A stretch of 64,000 nucleotides of DNA from Flavobacteriales bacterium (lineage in GTDB: Bacteria; Bacteroidota; Bacteroidia; Palsa-965): the NCBI GenBank assembly GCA_040377305.1, contig JBEIPA010000001.1:160001-224000 (forward strand), read 5' to 3'. Made by a program: the position numbers and the translations under genes. The notes beneath the pieces were generated by a model that saw only the letters and a program-made list of their open reading frames with translations, did no database searches and was not told the origin of the DNA. Positions 1 through 10,380 of this stretch are shown here, piece after piece; the first letter of the stretch is position 1; each line of letters starts with the position of its first letter.

Positions 1-3000
1 AGGATGCGGTAGTAGTCAACAGTCTGCCCTTCATACATCGTCCAGTTGAGGTTTGCTTCTCCACCTACGCCAATACTTGCCTGCATAAACAGTGTGCGGT
101 GGTGGTTGCTAAGCGGACTTTCATTTCCGCAGCTGTCGATTGCTGAGATCTTGTAACGCTGGAATGTCGTGTTTGGGTTCGCAATCGGAACATAAATGCT
201 GTCAACGAACAATGACAGTGAATCGTAATCGACTGTTCCAACAACCTGATATGTGTTTGACGTGATCTCGCGATAGATGCGGAATGAATCAATATCAGTT
301 GCGGTTGGTTTCTCCCACATGATATTGTTCCAGTTCGAGGGACCATCAACAGTAACCATACAAATGTCAACAGGCGTTACTGCATCCACTGCAAAGTTGA
401 GGAAAGCTGAATCACCGGATCCGCAACCATTTACACCATATACAACAACAGCACCAGATGAAGCCGATGAAACAAAGTCAACCGTAATGGTATTTGTTCC
501 ACTTCCTGATACAATTGTTGAACCTGCAGGTAAGTTCCAGGTATAAGTAGTCGCGTTCGTGATTGCAGGAACGGTGAATGTTACTCCTGTTGCTGCCGGA
601 CATATTGCAATATTCCCGGGACCGGAAACAGTTCCAGCTCCAACTGGCAATGGATTGACGGTCACTTGCAACGTATCAGCTGCAACTCCAGTTCCGCAGG
701 CATTGTTTCCGTTCACATATACTGCTCCGCTTTGTGAATTGAGATTAAACGTAACAGTAATTGAATTCGTATTAGCACCTGCTGTTACAATTGCACCCAC
801 CGGCAAGGACCAGATGTAGTCTGTAGCATTTGCTGCAGCAGGGACAGTGAATACAACTGCGGTGTCGCCTTCACATACTGTAGCCGGACCAGAGATTGTC
901 GTCGTTGTATCAGGCAGTGGATTTACAGTGAGTGTAATTCCAGGCCCCATTGCGCCGTTACCGCAAACGTTCGTACCATAAACCGTAACCGGTCCTGAAG
1001 ACGCAGTTGGCGAGAAATCCACAGTGATCGAATTTCCGTTGTCAACTACAATAGTTGCACCAACTGGTAATGTCCAATTGTAGTTCGAAGCGCCTGTGAT
1101 TGAAGTAACGCTATACTGCACTCCCGTAGCACCCGCACAAACCGTAGTTGGTCCGGTGATGGCTGTAGAAGAATCAGGGAGTAATCCAACCGTGATTGCA
1201 AGGTTAGCTGAAGTTCCGGTTCCGCATGAATTCACTCCAGAAACCGTAATGTTACCCGAACCTGTTGCGTTTGTAAAATCAGTGGTAATGGAGTTCGTAC
1301 CCGCACCGTTTGTAATCACAACGCCCGGAGGCAATGTCCAGTTGTACGTTGTTGCGTTGAGGATAGACGGAACAGAATAAACCACACCGGTTGTGCCTTC
1401 ACACACGGTTGTGTTTCCGCTGATTGTTCCTGCAACGTCCGGAAGTGGATTCATTGAAATTGTTAATCCTACAGACGAAGATCCTGTTCCGCATGAGTTC
1501 GTTCCGACAACATCTACCGTTCCACCGGATGCATTTGCAGAGAAATCAACAGTAATGGTTGATGCATTCGGGTTACCAACAATCGTTGCTCCCGGAGGTA
1601 ATGTCCAGGTGTACGAAGTTGCATTCGCAATTCCGGATGTGCTGTAAACCACACCTGATTGACCCTGACAAACACTCAATGGTCCACTGATGCTGGATGT
1701 TGTACCTGGAAGCGGAAGCACAGTCACGTTGAACGGAGCTGAAGAAGCACCAACACCACACGTATTTGATCCCTGCACTTGTACAAACCCCGAAGTAGCA
1801 ACGTTGCTAAAGTCAACAAGAATATTGTTTGTACCCGAACCGCTGGCAATTGTTGCACCAGAAGGCAACGTCCAATTGTAGCTGGTCGCATTTGCAATTG
1901 CAGCCACAGAGAACGGAACCAAAGTTTGTCCCTGACACACGGTTGAAGTTCCGGATACAGCACCAGCAGAAGCCGGGTAAGGAGCAATTGTAATGGTGTG
2001 AGTCACTTGGCTGTTACCTGCAGCGTTATCGGTGATTGCAAGCGTAACTGTAAACGAGCCCGGACCTGTGAACTGAATGTTCGACGGGTTCTGCTGTGTC
2101 GATGAAGATGGATTTGGTGTTGTTGGTCCACTGAACGTCCAAGTCCACGAGGTAATAGTTGTGCTTGGTGCAAACGATTGATCCGTGAACGAGATGTTGT
2201 TTATCTGTGAAGGTGTTGCACAGATTGTTGAAGGTGCCCATGTGAATTGCGCAGTAAGCGGACATGAACCCATGGTGATTATCACGTTATCTGTACTTGG
2301 CGCACACGTTCCGTTTGTAATTGTCCAACGGAGCGTTACAATATCTCCGGTTGTCAGACCATTCAGTGTTGTGTTCGCTGCGTTGACGTTAGTGATGTTA
2401 CCATTTGTGATCGAAGGATCATTGGTTGCAAATACCGACCATTGTCCCGTACCTACAGTAGGCACATTCGCTGCTAGAGTTGCGGTTCCGATACAAATAT
2501 TCTGATCGGGTCCTGCGTTAGAAGTAGACGGCAATTGGGATACAGTTACTGTAAATGTGGTGGTTGTGATGTTGTTATTCGTTGCACCATCGTTTACTGT
2601 TACCGTAATAACTGCGGTTCCGTATTGACCAACAACTGGCGTATATGTCATCGATCCATTTGCATTCGGACTTGTGTATGAAACGGTAGGGTTAGGAATC
2701 AAACCCGGATTGCTTGAAGCAGCTGTAACAGTAAGCGTTTGCGTTTCACCAGCAGAACCGGTGCCCACACCACCAAAGTTTACAACCTGTACACCCGAGT
2801 TCTGGCATATTGCTGAAGGGTTTGAAATTGCGCCGATTGTTGGAGGTGTGTTCAGTGTAGCACCGCTTGTAGTTGCTGACGTCAATAGATAATTGTTCGT
2901 ACATCCTGAACCATTCGAGTTGTATTCATACACCGCGAAGTAATAATTGGTGTTTGAAGTCAGTCCGGTTATAGTCACGGAATTCCCTGTGCCGTTGTAA

Positions 3001-6000
3001 ACGCAATAGGTTGCTCCTCCAAGGTTAGTTCCGCTGCCGAAAACTGTGTTTGCTGCATACCCCATTCCATCGAACGGTGTATTTACAATCGGACTACCCT
3101 CACGTGCAACAACCACACGACTAAATCCATTACCTGCGGTAAAGTTCAGTGTCATGGCGGTTTGCGTCTGTCCGGTAAGGGTCAATGCACTCGCCGGAGT
3201 AGTTGGTTCGGAAGCAAGCGGATCAAGGTCGTTCGTGAGCACATAAGTACTGCCCGCGGTTGAAGAAGCAACAATATCCTGCTTGCCATCCATATTGAAA
3301 TCTCCGGAATTCAACTGGAATGATGCACCCGGCAGAGTATAGTCAATACGTGCCGCGAATGTATAATTGCCCGTTGCTTCAAAAACAGAAACAGTAGTTC
3401 CGCTAGAATATCCAACGGCGATATCGTGACGCCCGTCTCCATCAAAGTCGTTACATGTTAAGCCATAACAGTTCGCATTTGCGACCGCCAGCGAACCAGA
3501 AAAAGTGAAACTGATAGCAGCAGTAGAATTGTTCTGGTAAATGCGAACCGAAGTATTGTTACATCCTACTGCAAGATCAGGTTTGCCATCGTTGTTAAAG
3601 TCGCCTGCTGCGATTGACATTACATTAGCACCACCTGTTGTTGTAAATGTTTGTGCTGCTCCGAAAGAAATGTTGCCAACAGTACTGTTGTTCTCCATGG
3701 CAACAAAGCTGTTCGTATTCATGTTGCCATAAACGATATCCGCTTTGCCATCAAGATCCATGTCGCGTGCAATAATGGAATACGGTGTACCTGCTGTTGC
3801 AAAATCCTGACGCGCAGCAAAAGTCAGATTGAAATTTGTACTTGTATTACGGTACACGCTAATGAGGTTCCACGATCCGTCGTAGCCAACGAGAATGTCA
3901 AGCTTGCCGTCACCATCGAAGTCTGCAGCTCTCACCTGTCCTGGTGTAGCCGAGAGAGGAAGATCAACTCTACCGCCCGTAAATGAGAAACCTGATCCGC
4001 GATAAACCGAGATTGTATTATTCGAAAGCTGACTCACAATCTGGTCATTCTTTCCGTCTCCGTCCATGTCAGCAACTTCAACATAATACGAATTGTTCGG
4101 AACGTAATTCGTGTAGTTCACGAAAGTTGGAGGATTGATTCCATTCGCTGACTGCCCGATGAAGCCATTGACGTAACTTGATCCATACCCAGCGATGTAC
4201 ATATCCGTTTTACCGTCGCCGCTTCCATCTTTTAACGCAATTCCATATGTGTTTCCGTATGACGAAATTGTACTTGTGGTAAACGAACTGACGTTAATCG
4301 GGTTCGAACAAGACGACGTGATGTTGAACTCACGCGTATATGTTGCGGTTAGTCCATTCACTTGTACTGACACCGGATTATTATTTGCACCATAAGGTGC
4401 TATAACCTGAAGCTGAGTTGCGGTTGCAGAAGAAACAGCTGCTCGTGTTGCGCCGAAGTAAACGAAATTATCGTTTGCATTTGTACTGAAGTTTGTTCCC
4501 GTTATTGTAACCAAAGTACCAGCGGAACCGGATGTAGGCGACATGAGCGTTATAGTAGGAACAGACTGCGCACCGGTTTGTGTTTCCACTACATACATTC
4601 TAGGTGTATCGTAGTTGTAGTTGTTGCCGGATCCGTAATCGTACTCCGTAATAGTAAAGGTATAGTAGCTGTTAGGCGACAATCCGTTAACCGATGCAGT
4701 ATTGTTAAAGCCGTTATAAATCGTGTACGTATTGTTTCCAATCCGTGTTCCGCTTCCAAATATGGAACTTGCGTTGTACGAATAAAAATCACTTGGTTGT
4801 GACACTGGAGAACTTGACCAAACCCAACCGCTGCTACCCGTATAGGAAGATGCGACCGCAGTCGTCATGTTCATCATAGTGCCCGTAAGATTGGCCAGAG
4901 TCTGCGACGTATTAGCAACAGAACTACCACCACTCATACCTTCATCCATTCTCCAGTAACCAATAAGATTACTCTCATATCCATACAACGAAATCCAGCG
5001 ATCATAATCAATATTGCCGCCTGACCGTGCAGTATTCCACACGCGTACCTCGTCGATCAAACCACTCCAGTAAGTACTTGCTGTTGGTGTACTTGCGGTG
5101 CCAACATCCGCACCAATCATAAAGGAGTTGTTGTATGCGTAAGTAATAGATGCGTTTAATCCTGCGTCATTAATACCATATTGGGCCCCATCGATGAACG
5201 AACGTAAGTATCGACCATCGTATGTCATTGAGAAATGGTGCCATCCCGGGGTCAGGTTTGTTACGCTGGTATATAATTGTCCCCATCCGCCATTTCGGTA
5301 AGCTGAGAAATACATATTACTTCCGATCTGCGCCATGTAATATCCACCGTTCTCTCCGTTACCAGCGAGGTATTGTGATGTTACTGATGTATTCCAGTTC
5401 GTACGATATGCCCAGGCTTCAAGAGTTACATTACTCGGCTGAAGTGTTGTACTCCACGGTACGTTTATGTAATCGTTCGATCCGTCGAACATTAATGCTG
5501 TTGGTCTGCGACCTGGCTTACAAGTTACCGTGCGCGCCATTCCTGTTCCAGCAGTCCAGTTCATATTCATACCAGTTGGAGTAACAGAACTGAATGAGAT
5601 ACCTGACGATGCAACGATCGGATGTGTGGCATTTGTTGTACGGTAATTGTAGCCGTAACCTGAATAATAATTCGTAGTTGGATTATACGTACCTGTAGAT
5701 CCGTTGTAGTCAAATACACGAATGGTGTAACTTGTTTCCTGCGAGAGGTTATTTACACGAACGGAATTTCCTGATCCGTTGTAGACAACATAACTGTTAC
5801 CAATCATTTGACCGGAACCGTAGTTGGAATTCGCCGTGTAAATTGTTGCGTCAACAGGAACGTCAAACGATGAAGTACTATTCATCAATACAAGATGATT
5901 CGCACCACCGCCGGTTAAAGCGTTACACCAACTCAGTGTAAATGCATCGTCTTCTGCGTCGCGGGTTTCCACATTCGTCACAGCAGCAGTTGGTTCACTG

Positions 6001-6791
6001 GCCAGCGTTGTGAATCCTTCGGTAGGATAACTTGTAAGGAGATAGTTGTTCTGGCCCGATGTTCCGTCGAACGTAAAGGCATTCGCAGTATAATTCGTTT
6101 GAGGGGATAGCCCGGTTACGTTTACGCTGGTCAATGTTCCGTCATAAACAACGTAAGAATAATAAAACGGCGACCCGAGCGCATCCCCTGATCCATAAAT
6201 CGAAGAAGCATAATAATCAATACCATCGGTTGGGCTGTATGTATTTGTAGTTCCATAACGTACGCCAACTAATTCACGAGAACCACTTCCTGCAGTCCAG
6301 CTTAACGTAGCACCGCTGCTCGTAAAGTTGGATGATGTAAGAGCAGTACACTGAGTCACCGGTTGCGCAACCAGTGCGTACTGTCCATCACTTCCATAAG
6401 GTGAAGTCGTGAAATTCGGTGATGTTGAAGTTCCTGTGTACTCCCAGACAGCAACCGTGTAATAGCTTCCCGACGTTAAACCATAAATCGTAAGTGAACT
6501 AGCCGTCCCTTTATAAACTGCATAGTTATTGTTTCCGATGTTTTGTCCAGAACCAAAAGTTGTGCTTGTTGGTGTGTAGTTGGTGAAATCTACCGGATAG
6601 GAAACACTATTCGGAGAGGCTCTAACAGTGACTAAACGTCCGGTTCCTGAACCGTTGGTCCAACTAACCGTAAATTGGGTTGTCTGAATATTAGTGAAAA
6701 CGAAGTTCGAGGCTGCAGTCAGCTGCGCTGAAACTTCAACACTAATGAACAAGAAAATAAAGAGCGCGAGGAGGGTACGAATTTGTTTCAT
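1..6791 (-). CDS. Giant multidomain surface/adhesin protein (5 Fn3-like repeats, LamG, IPT/TIG, 7 FG-GAP/VCBS blades, Ig/PKD, 6 Cys-paired PKD-like repeats); 3' end lies outside the window
   Basis: Manual translation from ATG 6791 (MKQIRTLLALLIFLFISVEVSAQ, a signal peptide) stays open to the window edge, ~2263 codons. Motifs include ALMFDGSNDY...IDEVRVWN (LamG), SPTSGSAGTLVTITGTNF (IPT), DxDGDGKxD x7, and ISGPxxVCxG..YNWTLPxG..NxCG x6. Absent from the ORF track because no stop codon falls in the window. Confidence 0.92.
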   Translation of the reverse strand, partial: MKQIRTLLALFIFLFISVEVSAQLTAASNFVFTNIQTTQFTVSWTNGSGTGRLVTVRASPNSVSYPVDFTNYTPTSTTFGSGQNIGNNNYAVYKGTASSLTIYGLTSGSYYTVAVWEYTGTSTSPNFTTSPYGSDGQYALVAQPVTQCTALTSSNFTSSGATLSWTAGSGSRELVGVRYGTTNTYSPTDGIDYYASSIYGSGDALGSPFYYSYVVYDGTLTSVNVTGLSPQTNYTANAFTFDGTSGQNNYLLTSYPTEGFTTLASEPTAAVTNVETRDAEDDAFTLSWCNALTGGGANHLVLMNSTSSFDVPVDATIYTANSNYGSGQMIGNSYVVYNGSGNSVRVNNLSQETSYTIRVFDYNGSTGTYNPTTNYYSGYGYNYRTTNATHPIVASSGISFSSVTPTGMNMNWTAGTGMARTVTCKPGRRPTALMFDGSNDYINVPWSTTLQPSNVTLEAWAYRTNWNTSVTSQYLAGNGENGGYYMAQIGSNMYFSAYRNGGWGQLYTSVTNLTPGWHHFSMTYDGRYLRSFIDGAQYGINDAGLNASITYAYNNSFMIGADVGTASTPTASTYWSGLIDEVRVWNTARSGGNIDYDRWISLYGYESNLIGYWRMDEGMSGGSSVANTSQTLANLTGTMMNMTTAVASSYTGSSGWVWSSSPVSQPSDFYSYNASSIFGSGTRIGNNTYTIYNGFNNTASVNGLSPNSYYTFTITEYDYGSGNNYNYDTPRMYVVETQTGAQSVPTITLMSPTSGSAGTLVTITGTNFSTNANDNFVYFGATRAAVSSATATQLQVIAPYGANNNPVSVQVNGLTATYTREFNITSSCSNPINVSSFTTSTISSYGNTYGIALKDGSGDGKTDMYIAGYGSSYVNGFIGQSANGINPPTFVNYTNYVPNNSYYVEVADMDGDGKNDQIVSQLSNNTISVYRGSGFSFTGGRVDLPLSATPGQVRAADFDGDGKLDILVGYDGSWNLISVYRNTSTNFNLTFAARQDFATAGTPYSIIARDMDLDGKADIVYGNMNTNSFVAMENNSTVGNISFGAAQTFTTTGGANVMSIAAGDFNNDGKPDLAVGCNNTSVRIYQNNSTAAISFTFSGSLAVANANCYGLTCNDFDGDGRHDIAVGYSSGTTVSVFEATGNYTFAARIDYTLPGASFQLNSGDFNMDGKQDIVASSTAGSTYVLTNDLDPLASEPTTPASALTLTGQTQTAMTLNFTAGNGFSRVVVAREGSPIVNTPFDGMGYAANTVFGSGTNLGGATYCVYNGTGNSVTITGLTSNTNYYFAVYEYNSNGSGCTNNYLLTSATTSGATLNTPPTIGAISNPSAICQNSGVQVVNFGGVGTGSAGETQTLTVTAASSNPGLIPNPTVSYTSPNANGSMTYTPVVGQYGTAVITVTVNDGATNNNITTTTFTVTVSQLPSTSNAGPDQNICIGTATLAANVPTVGTGQWSVFATNDPSITNGNITNVNAANTTLNGLTTGDIVTLRWTITNGTCAPSTDNVIITMGSCPLTAQFTWAPSTICATPSQINNISFTDQSFAPSTTITSWTWTFSGPTTPNPSSSTQQNPSNIQFTGPGSFTVTLAITDNAAGNSQVTHTITIAPYPASAGAVSGTSTVCQGQTLVPFSVAAIANATSYNWTLPSGATIASGSGTNNILVDFSNVATSGFVQVQGSNTCGVGASSAPFNVTVLPLPGTTSSISGPLSVCQGQSGVVYSTSGIANATSYTWTLPPGATIVGNPNASTITVDFSANASGGTVDVVGTNSCGTGSSSVGLTISMNPLPDVAGTISGNTTVCEGTTGVVYSVPSILNATTYNWTLPPGVVITNGAGTNSITTDFTNATGSGNITVSGVNSCGTGTSANLAITVGLLPDSSTAITGPTTVCAGATGVQYSVTSITGASNYNWTLPVGATIVVDNGNSITVDFSPTASSGPVTVYGTNVCGNGAMGPGITLTVNPLPDTTTTISGPATVCEGDTAVVFTVPAAANATDYIWSLPVGAIVTAGANTNSITVTFNLNSQSGAVYVNGNNACGTGVAADTLQVTVNPLPVGAGTVSGPGNIAICPAATGVTFTVPAITNATTYTWNLPAGSTIVSGSGTNTITVDFVSSASSGAVVVYGVNGCGSGDSAFLNFAVDAVTPVDICMVTVDGPSNWNNIMWEKPTATDIDSFRIYREITSNTYQVVGTVDYDSLSLFVDSIYVPIANPNTTFQRYKISAIDSCGNESPLSNHHRTLFMQASIGVGGEANLNWTMYEGQTVDYYRI

Positions 6792-6988
6792 GTATTAGGC
6801 CAGGTTGAATGGGGCTTAAGTGTATTAGGTTTTAACAAAGGAAAGGTACTAATTTGTCTGTTTTGTGTCACCCATTCACCGTTAAAACGAAACAATTCAT
6901 CGAAGGTTTCAGTGAACTTATGAGCAATTGCTGAAAACACCGCATCTCTTTATTTTTACCTTTGTTTCAGCGCAAAATTCCGCCAAAA

Positions 6989-9900
6989 ATGCCCATCCGT
7001 CGGTTGTTAATTTTATTGTCTTTTTTGTTGTCGGCGGCGTGGCTTCAGGCGCAACAATACAATCTCAAAGTTTATGGAACCCGTGACGGTCTGGCTAATT
7101 CCATCGTTAAGGCCATCTACATGGATTCCAAAGGGTATCTATGGTTTGGCACGCAAGGTGGATTGAGCCGTTTCGACGGACAAACGTTCGTAAACTACAG
7201 TGACAAAGATGGGTTGCCAGGGAATGACATTACCTGTGTTACTGAAGACAAGAAAGGTAATATCTGGATTGGCACTTATGGTTTCGGTATTGCGAAATTT
7301 GACGGACAGAAGTTCACCGTTTACAATGACACGTCGGGATTAAGCGACAATACCGTTTACAATATTCTGTGTGACGATCAAGGAATTCTGTGGATCACCA
7401 CCTTTAATGGCGGCATCAACAAGTACGACGGATCGACTTTTACTACATTCGGAACAAAAACCGGATTACTAACGGACCAGTTTCTGAAGTGCGGTCAGGG
7501 TCGCGGGGGAAACATCTGGTTCGGTACCAAAGGGAAGGGCGTTTATCGCTACGATGGAACCAACTTCGTTAACTACGGAACATCTGACAGTCTAAGTTCG
7601 CCATCCTACTACTGCGCTTACACAGATACAAAAGGCCAAACATGGTTTGGGTCTTTGAAGAGCGGAATCGATGTTGTGAATTCCGACTACAAATTCTCCC
7701 ACATGGATTTGCCGGAAGTTGAAGGCGGACTCATTTCTGCGATTGTAGAAGATCGTCGTGGTAATATGTGGATCGCAGGTAAGAAAGGTTTGCTCAAATA
7801 CAATTCACGTGAGCGGATGCTTTTCACAGAAAATCATGGTCTGCCTTCGAATTCAATATATGCAATCTGCGAAGATTACGAAGGCAATATTTGGGTTGGA
7901 ACGTCAGGTGGTGTTTGTCTTTTCCGCAATGAAGCATTCGTTACCTATACCGAGCACGAAGGACTAACAAAAAGTAAAGTCACGGCATACTTCAACGACA
8001 GTAAAGGCAATTGCTTTGTTGGAATGTATGGCGGTGGTGTTGGAATCCTTAAGGACAATACAATTACACCGCTTCCGATTAAGGAACTTGATGGACAACT
8101 CGTGATGGCATTTTCAGAAGATGCCTCAGGACAAATCTGGGTTGGTTCCGAAGGTAATGTGAACGGCGTTGTAGTCATTGCACAGAAAGGTGACACATGG
8201 GGATTGGTCAGGACAATTCCGATTATAGAAGGAAGAGGACTGAAAACAATTCCTAGAATAATACGCGATCGAAATAACAATATGTGGGTTGCGTCTTATG
8301 GTGCCGGTGCAGTTTGCTTTAAGCAGGACGGATCCTACTCTTTGTATCGCGACAGTATGAATCTTCCGAGCGGAAATGTTTTAACCGTATACGAAGATCA
8401 GATCGGTAACATCTGGCTCGGAATGTATCAGGCAGGGATTGCTAAGATTGATATGAGCGGGAAAGTTACGCTCATGGATGAAGATGACGGACTTGGAGAT
8501 AATTCGATCTGGTGTATCTCAGAAAGTCCATCCGGAGAGATTTTATTCGGCACGAACGATAATGGAATCAGTATTTACAACGGATCGACATTCACAACCA
8601 TCAACTCCTCGAATGGCTTGTGTTCCAATTTGATCTACGCCTTGGTAATCGACAAAGAAAACAGAATCTGGGCCGGAACGAATAAGGGCGTGAACAGAAT
8701 TTCTCTTGGAAAAGATTTCGCTGTAACCGCTGTGAAATATTTTGGTGAGAAAGAAGGTTTACGCGGAACCGAAGTTTCACAACACTGTCTTTACATTGAC
8801 CCGAACAATTTACTCTGGATCGGAACAGAAAACGGTTTGATTCGTTACAATCCGATTTTTGATTATGTCAATGACAATCCACCGAAATTACAACTCAACA
8901 ACATTCGCCTCAATTATAACGTGGTTGACTGGACGAAGTATGTTGATTCCGTTGACACGCGTACATTATTGCCAGTAAATCCTATTCTTAGTTATCGCGA
9001 CAATCACTTAACGTTCGACTTCCAGGCATTGACCACTGACTTTGTGCAGTATCAGTTCATGCTCGAAGGACTCGACACTGAGTGGTCTCCATGGACATCG
9101 AATACGAGTGCTTCGTATCCGAACATTCCATCCGGCCGAACATACACCTTCCGTTTGAAAGCGGTGAACAGTGATGGCTTTGAGAGCAAAGATGTAATAT
9201 CGTATACGTTCACGATTGAACCGCCGTTCTGGGAAACGTGGTGGTTTTATACTTTATGTGTGATTGTAGTACTCCTCGGTGTTGTGTCCTTCATTCGCTG
9301 GAGAACTTCACGACTTGAGTTGGAGAAAAAGGTTCTCGAAGAAAAAGTAGAAGAGCGAACTCACGAGTTGAGTCTTGCAAACACGCAGCTTTCTGCAGCA
9401 TATAATGACATTACTGACAGTATCAACTACGCGAAACGTATACAGCAGGCCATGTTACCGCCTGCATCTGAAATCAGAAAAGTTCTTCCTGAGCATTTCA
9501 TCTTTTTCAAGCCACGTGACATTGTGAGTGGTGACTTTTATTGGTTCTTCCAGAAAGAAAACAGAACATATATCGCTGCAATTGACTGCACAGGTCACGG
9601 TGTACCGGGTGCGTTCATGAGTATCATAGGCAATTCATTGCTGAATGAAATCATGAATGAAGAAGAGCTAGTTGATCCGGCTTCGATTATGAATTTGTTG
9701 CGCGAGAAACTGATTGTTTCACTTCGCCAGCAAGGAACTGATGCGGAAAGTAAAGACGGAATGGACATGGTGATGGCGTGCATTGATCGCAACAGCAACG
9801 TGGTAACTTTTGCTGGTGCGAATAACCCGTTGTACCATTTCTCCGGAACCACATTTACAGAGTACAAAGGAGACAAGATGCCGATTGGTGTTTACACGGG

Positions 9901-10159
9901 AACCGACCGCTCATTTACAAACAAGGAAATTCCACTGGTAAAAGGTGATGTAATCTATCTGATCACAGATGGTTATCCGGATCAGTTCGGCGGCCCTGCA
10001 GGAAAGAAATTCCTTTACACGCGCTTCAAGCAATTCCTGGCAGAGATTACCAATGCGCAGATGTCATCGCAGAAAGACACAATCGGCAGTCGCTTTGATG
10101 AATGGAAGGGTATGAATGATCAGGTCGATGATGTGCTTGTAATTGGCATCAGATTATAG
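6989..10159 (+). CDS. Membrane sensor phosphatase: two-component-regulator beta-propeller + Y_Y_Y + TM + SpoIIE/PP2C domain
   Basis: Repeated DGL..N.I..I.ED..G.IW.GT..G blades, YQFMLEGLDTEWS (Y_Y_Y), PPFWETWWF TM, RDIVSGDFYW / DCTGHGVPGAFMS / DGMD / DDVLVIG PP2C motifs. Start placed at ATG 6989 rather than TTG 6962. Confidence 0.9.
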   Translation: MPIRRLLILLSFLLSAAWLQAQQYNLKVYGTRDGLANSIVKAIYMDSKGYLWFGTQGGLSRFDGQTFVNYSDKDGLPGNDITCVTEDKKGNIWIGTYGFGIAKFDGQKFTVYNDTSGLSDNTVYNILCDDQGILWITTFNGGINKYDGSTFTTFGTKTGLLTDQFLKCGQGRGGNIWFGTKGKGVYRYDGTNFVNYGTSDSLSSPSYYCAYTDTKGQTWFGSLKSGIDVVNSDYKFSHMDLPEVEGGLISAIVEDRRGNMWIAGKKGLLKYNSRERMLFTENHGLPSNSIYAICEDYEGNIWVGTSGGVCLFRNEAFVTYTEHEGLTKSKVTAYFNDSKGNCFVGMYGGGVGILKDNTITPLPIKELDGQLVMAFSEDASGQIWVGSEGNVNGVVVIAQKGDTWGLVRTIPIIEGRGLKTIPRIIRDRNNNMWVASYGAGAVCFKQDGSYSLYRDSMNLPSGNVLTVYEDQIGNIWLGMYQAGIAKIDMSGKVTLMDEDDGLGDNSIWCISESPSGEILFGTNDNGISIYNGSTFTTINSSNGLCSNLIYALVIDKENRIWAGTNKGVNRISLGKDFAVTAVKYFGEKEGLRGTEVSQHCLYIDPNNLLWIGTENGLIRYNPIFDYVNDNPPKLQLNNIRLNYNVVDWTKYVDSVDTRTLLPVNPILSYRDNHLTFDFQALTTDFVQYQFMLEGLDTEWSPWTSNTSASYPNIPSGRTYTFRLKAVNSDGFESKDVISYTFTIEPPFWETWWFYTLCVIVVLLGVVSFIRWRTSRLELEKKVLEEKVEERTHELSLANTQLSAAYNDITDSINYAKRIQQAMLPPASEIRKVLPEHFIFFKPRDIVSGDFYWFFQKENRTYIAAIDCTGHGVPGAFMSIIGNSLLNEIMNEEELVDPASIMNLLREKLIVSLRQQGTDAESKDGMDMVMACIDRNSNVVTFAGANNPLYHFSGTTFTEYKGDKMPIGVYTGTDRSFTNKEIPLVKGDVIYLITDGYPDQFGGPAGKKFLYTRFKQFLAEITNAQMSSQKDTIGSRFDEWKGMNDQVDDVLVIGIRL

Positions 10160-10380
10160 AACGCGGATTTTTGACGTACGCAGTGTGCTATTCTTTTAAA
10201 GCGATTTCCCGGGTAAATTGAAAGTGTCTGAATTGGATCGACGCGGTTTTTTTTTTGCGCGCAAAAAAATCGCCAACTAACCAGCTTCTCTCATAAAATC
10301 TAACAACTGAACGGAGTATTTATCGGACTGATCCAACTAGAAACGCTAACAAGTAACGTACATAAAAATCCGCGTTCCTA
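10157..10380. repeat. ~224-bp nested inverted-repeat element (MITE/REPIN-like) filling a convergent intergenic gap
   Basis: GAACGCGGATTTTT (10159-10172) and AAAAATCCGCGTTC (10364-10377) form a perfect 14-bp IR. Inside are a TTGGATC/GATCCAA pair and a central T-run-GCGCGC-A-run palindrome. Confidence 0.65.

Noticed and set aside
65-5941. About 20 short ORFs in the supplied track
   Set aside because: They are antisense or off-frame shadows of the single giant minus-strand CDS at 1-6791.
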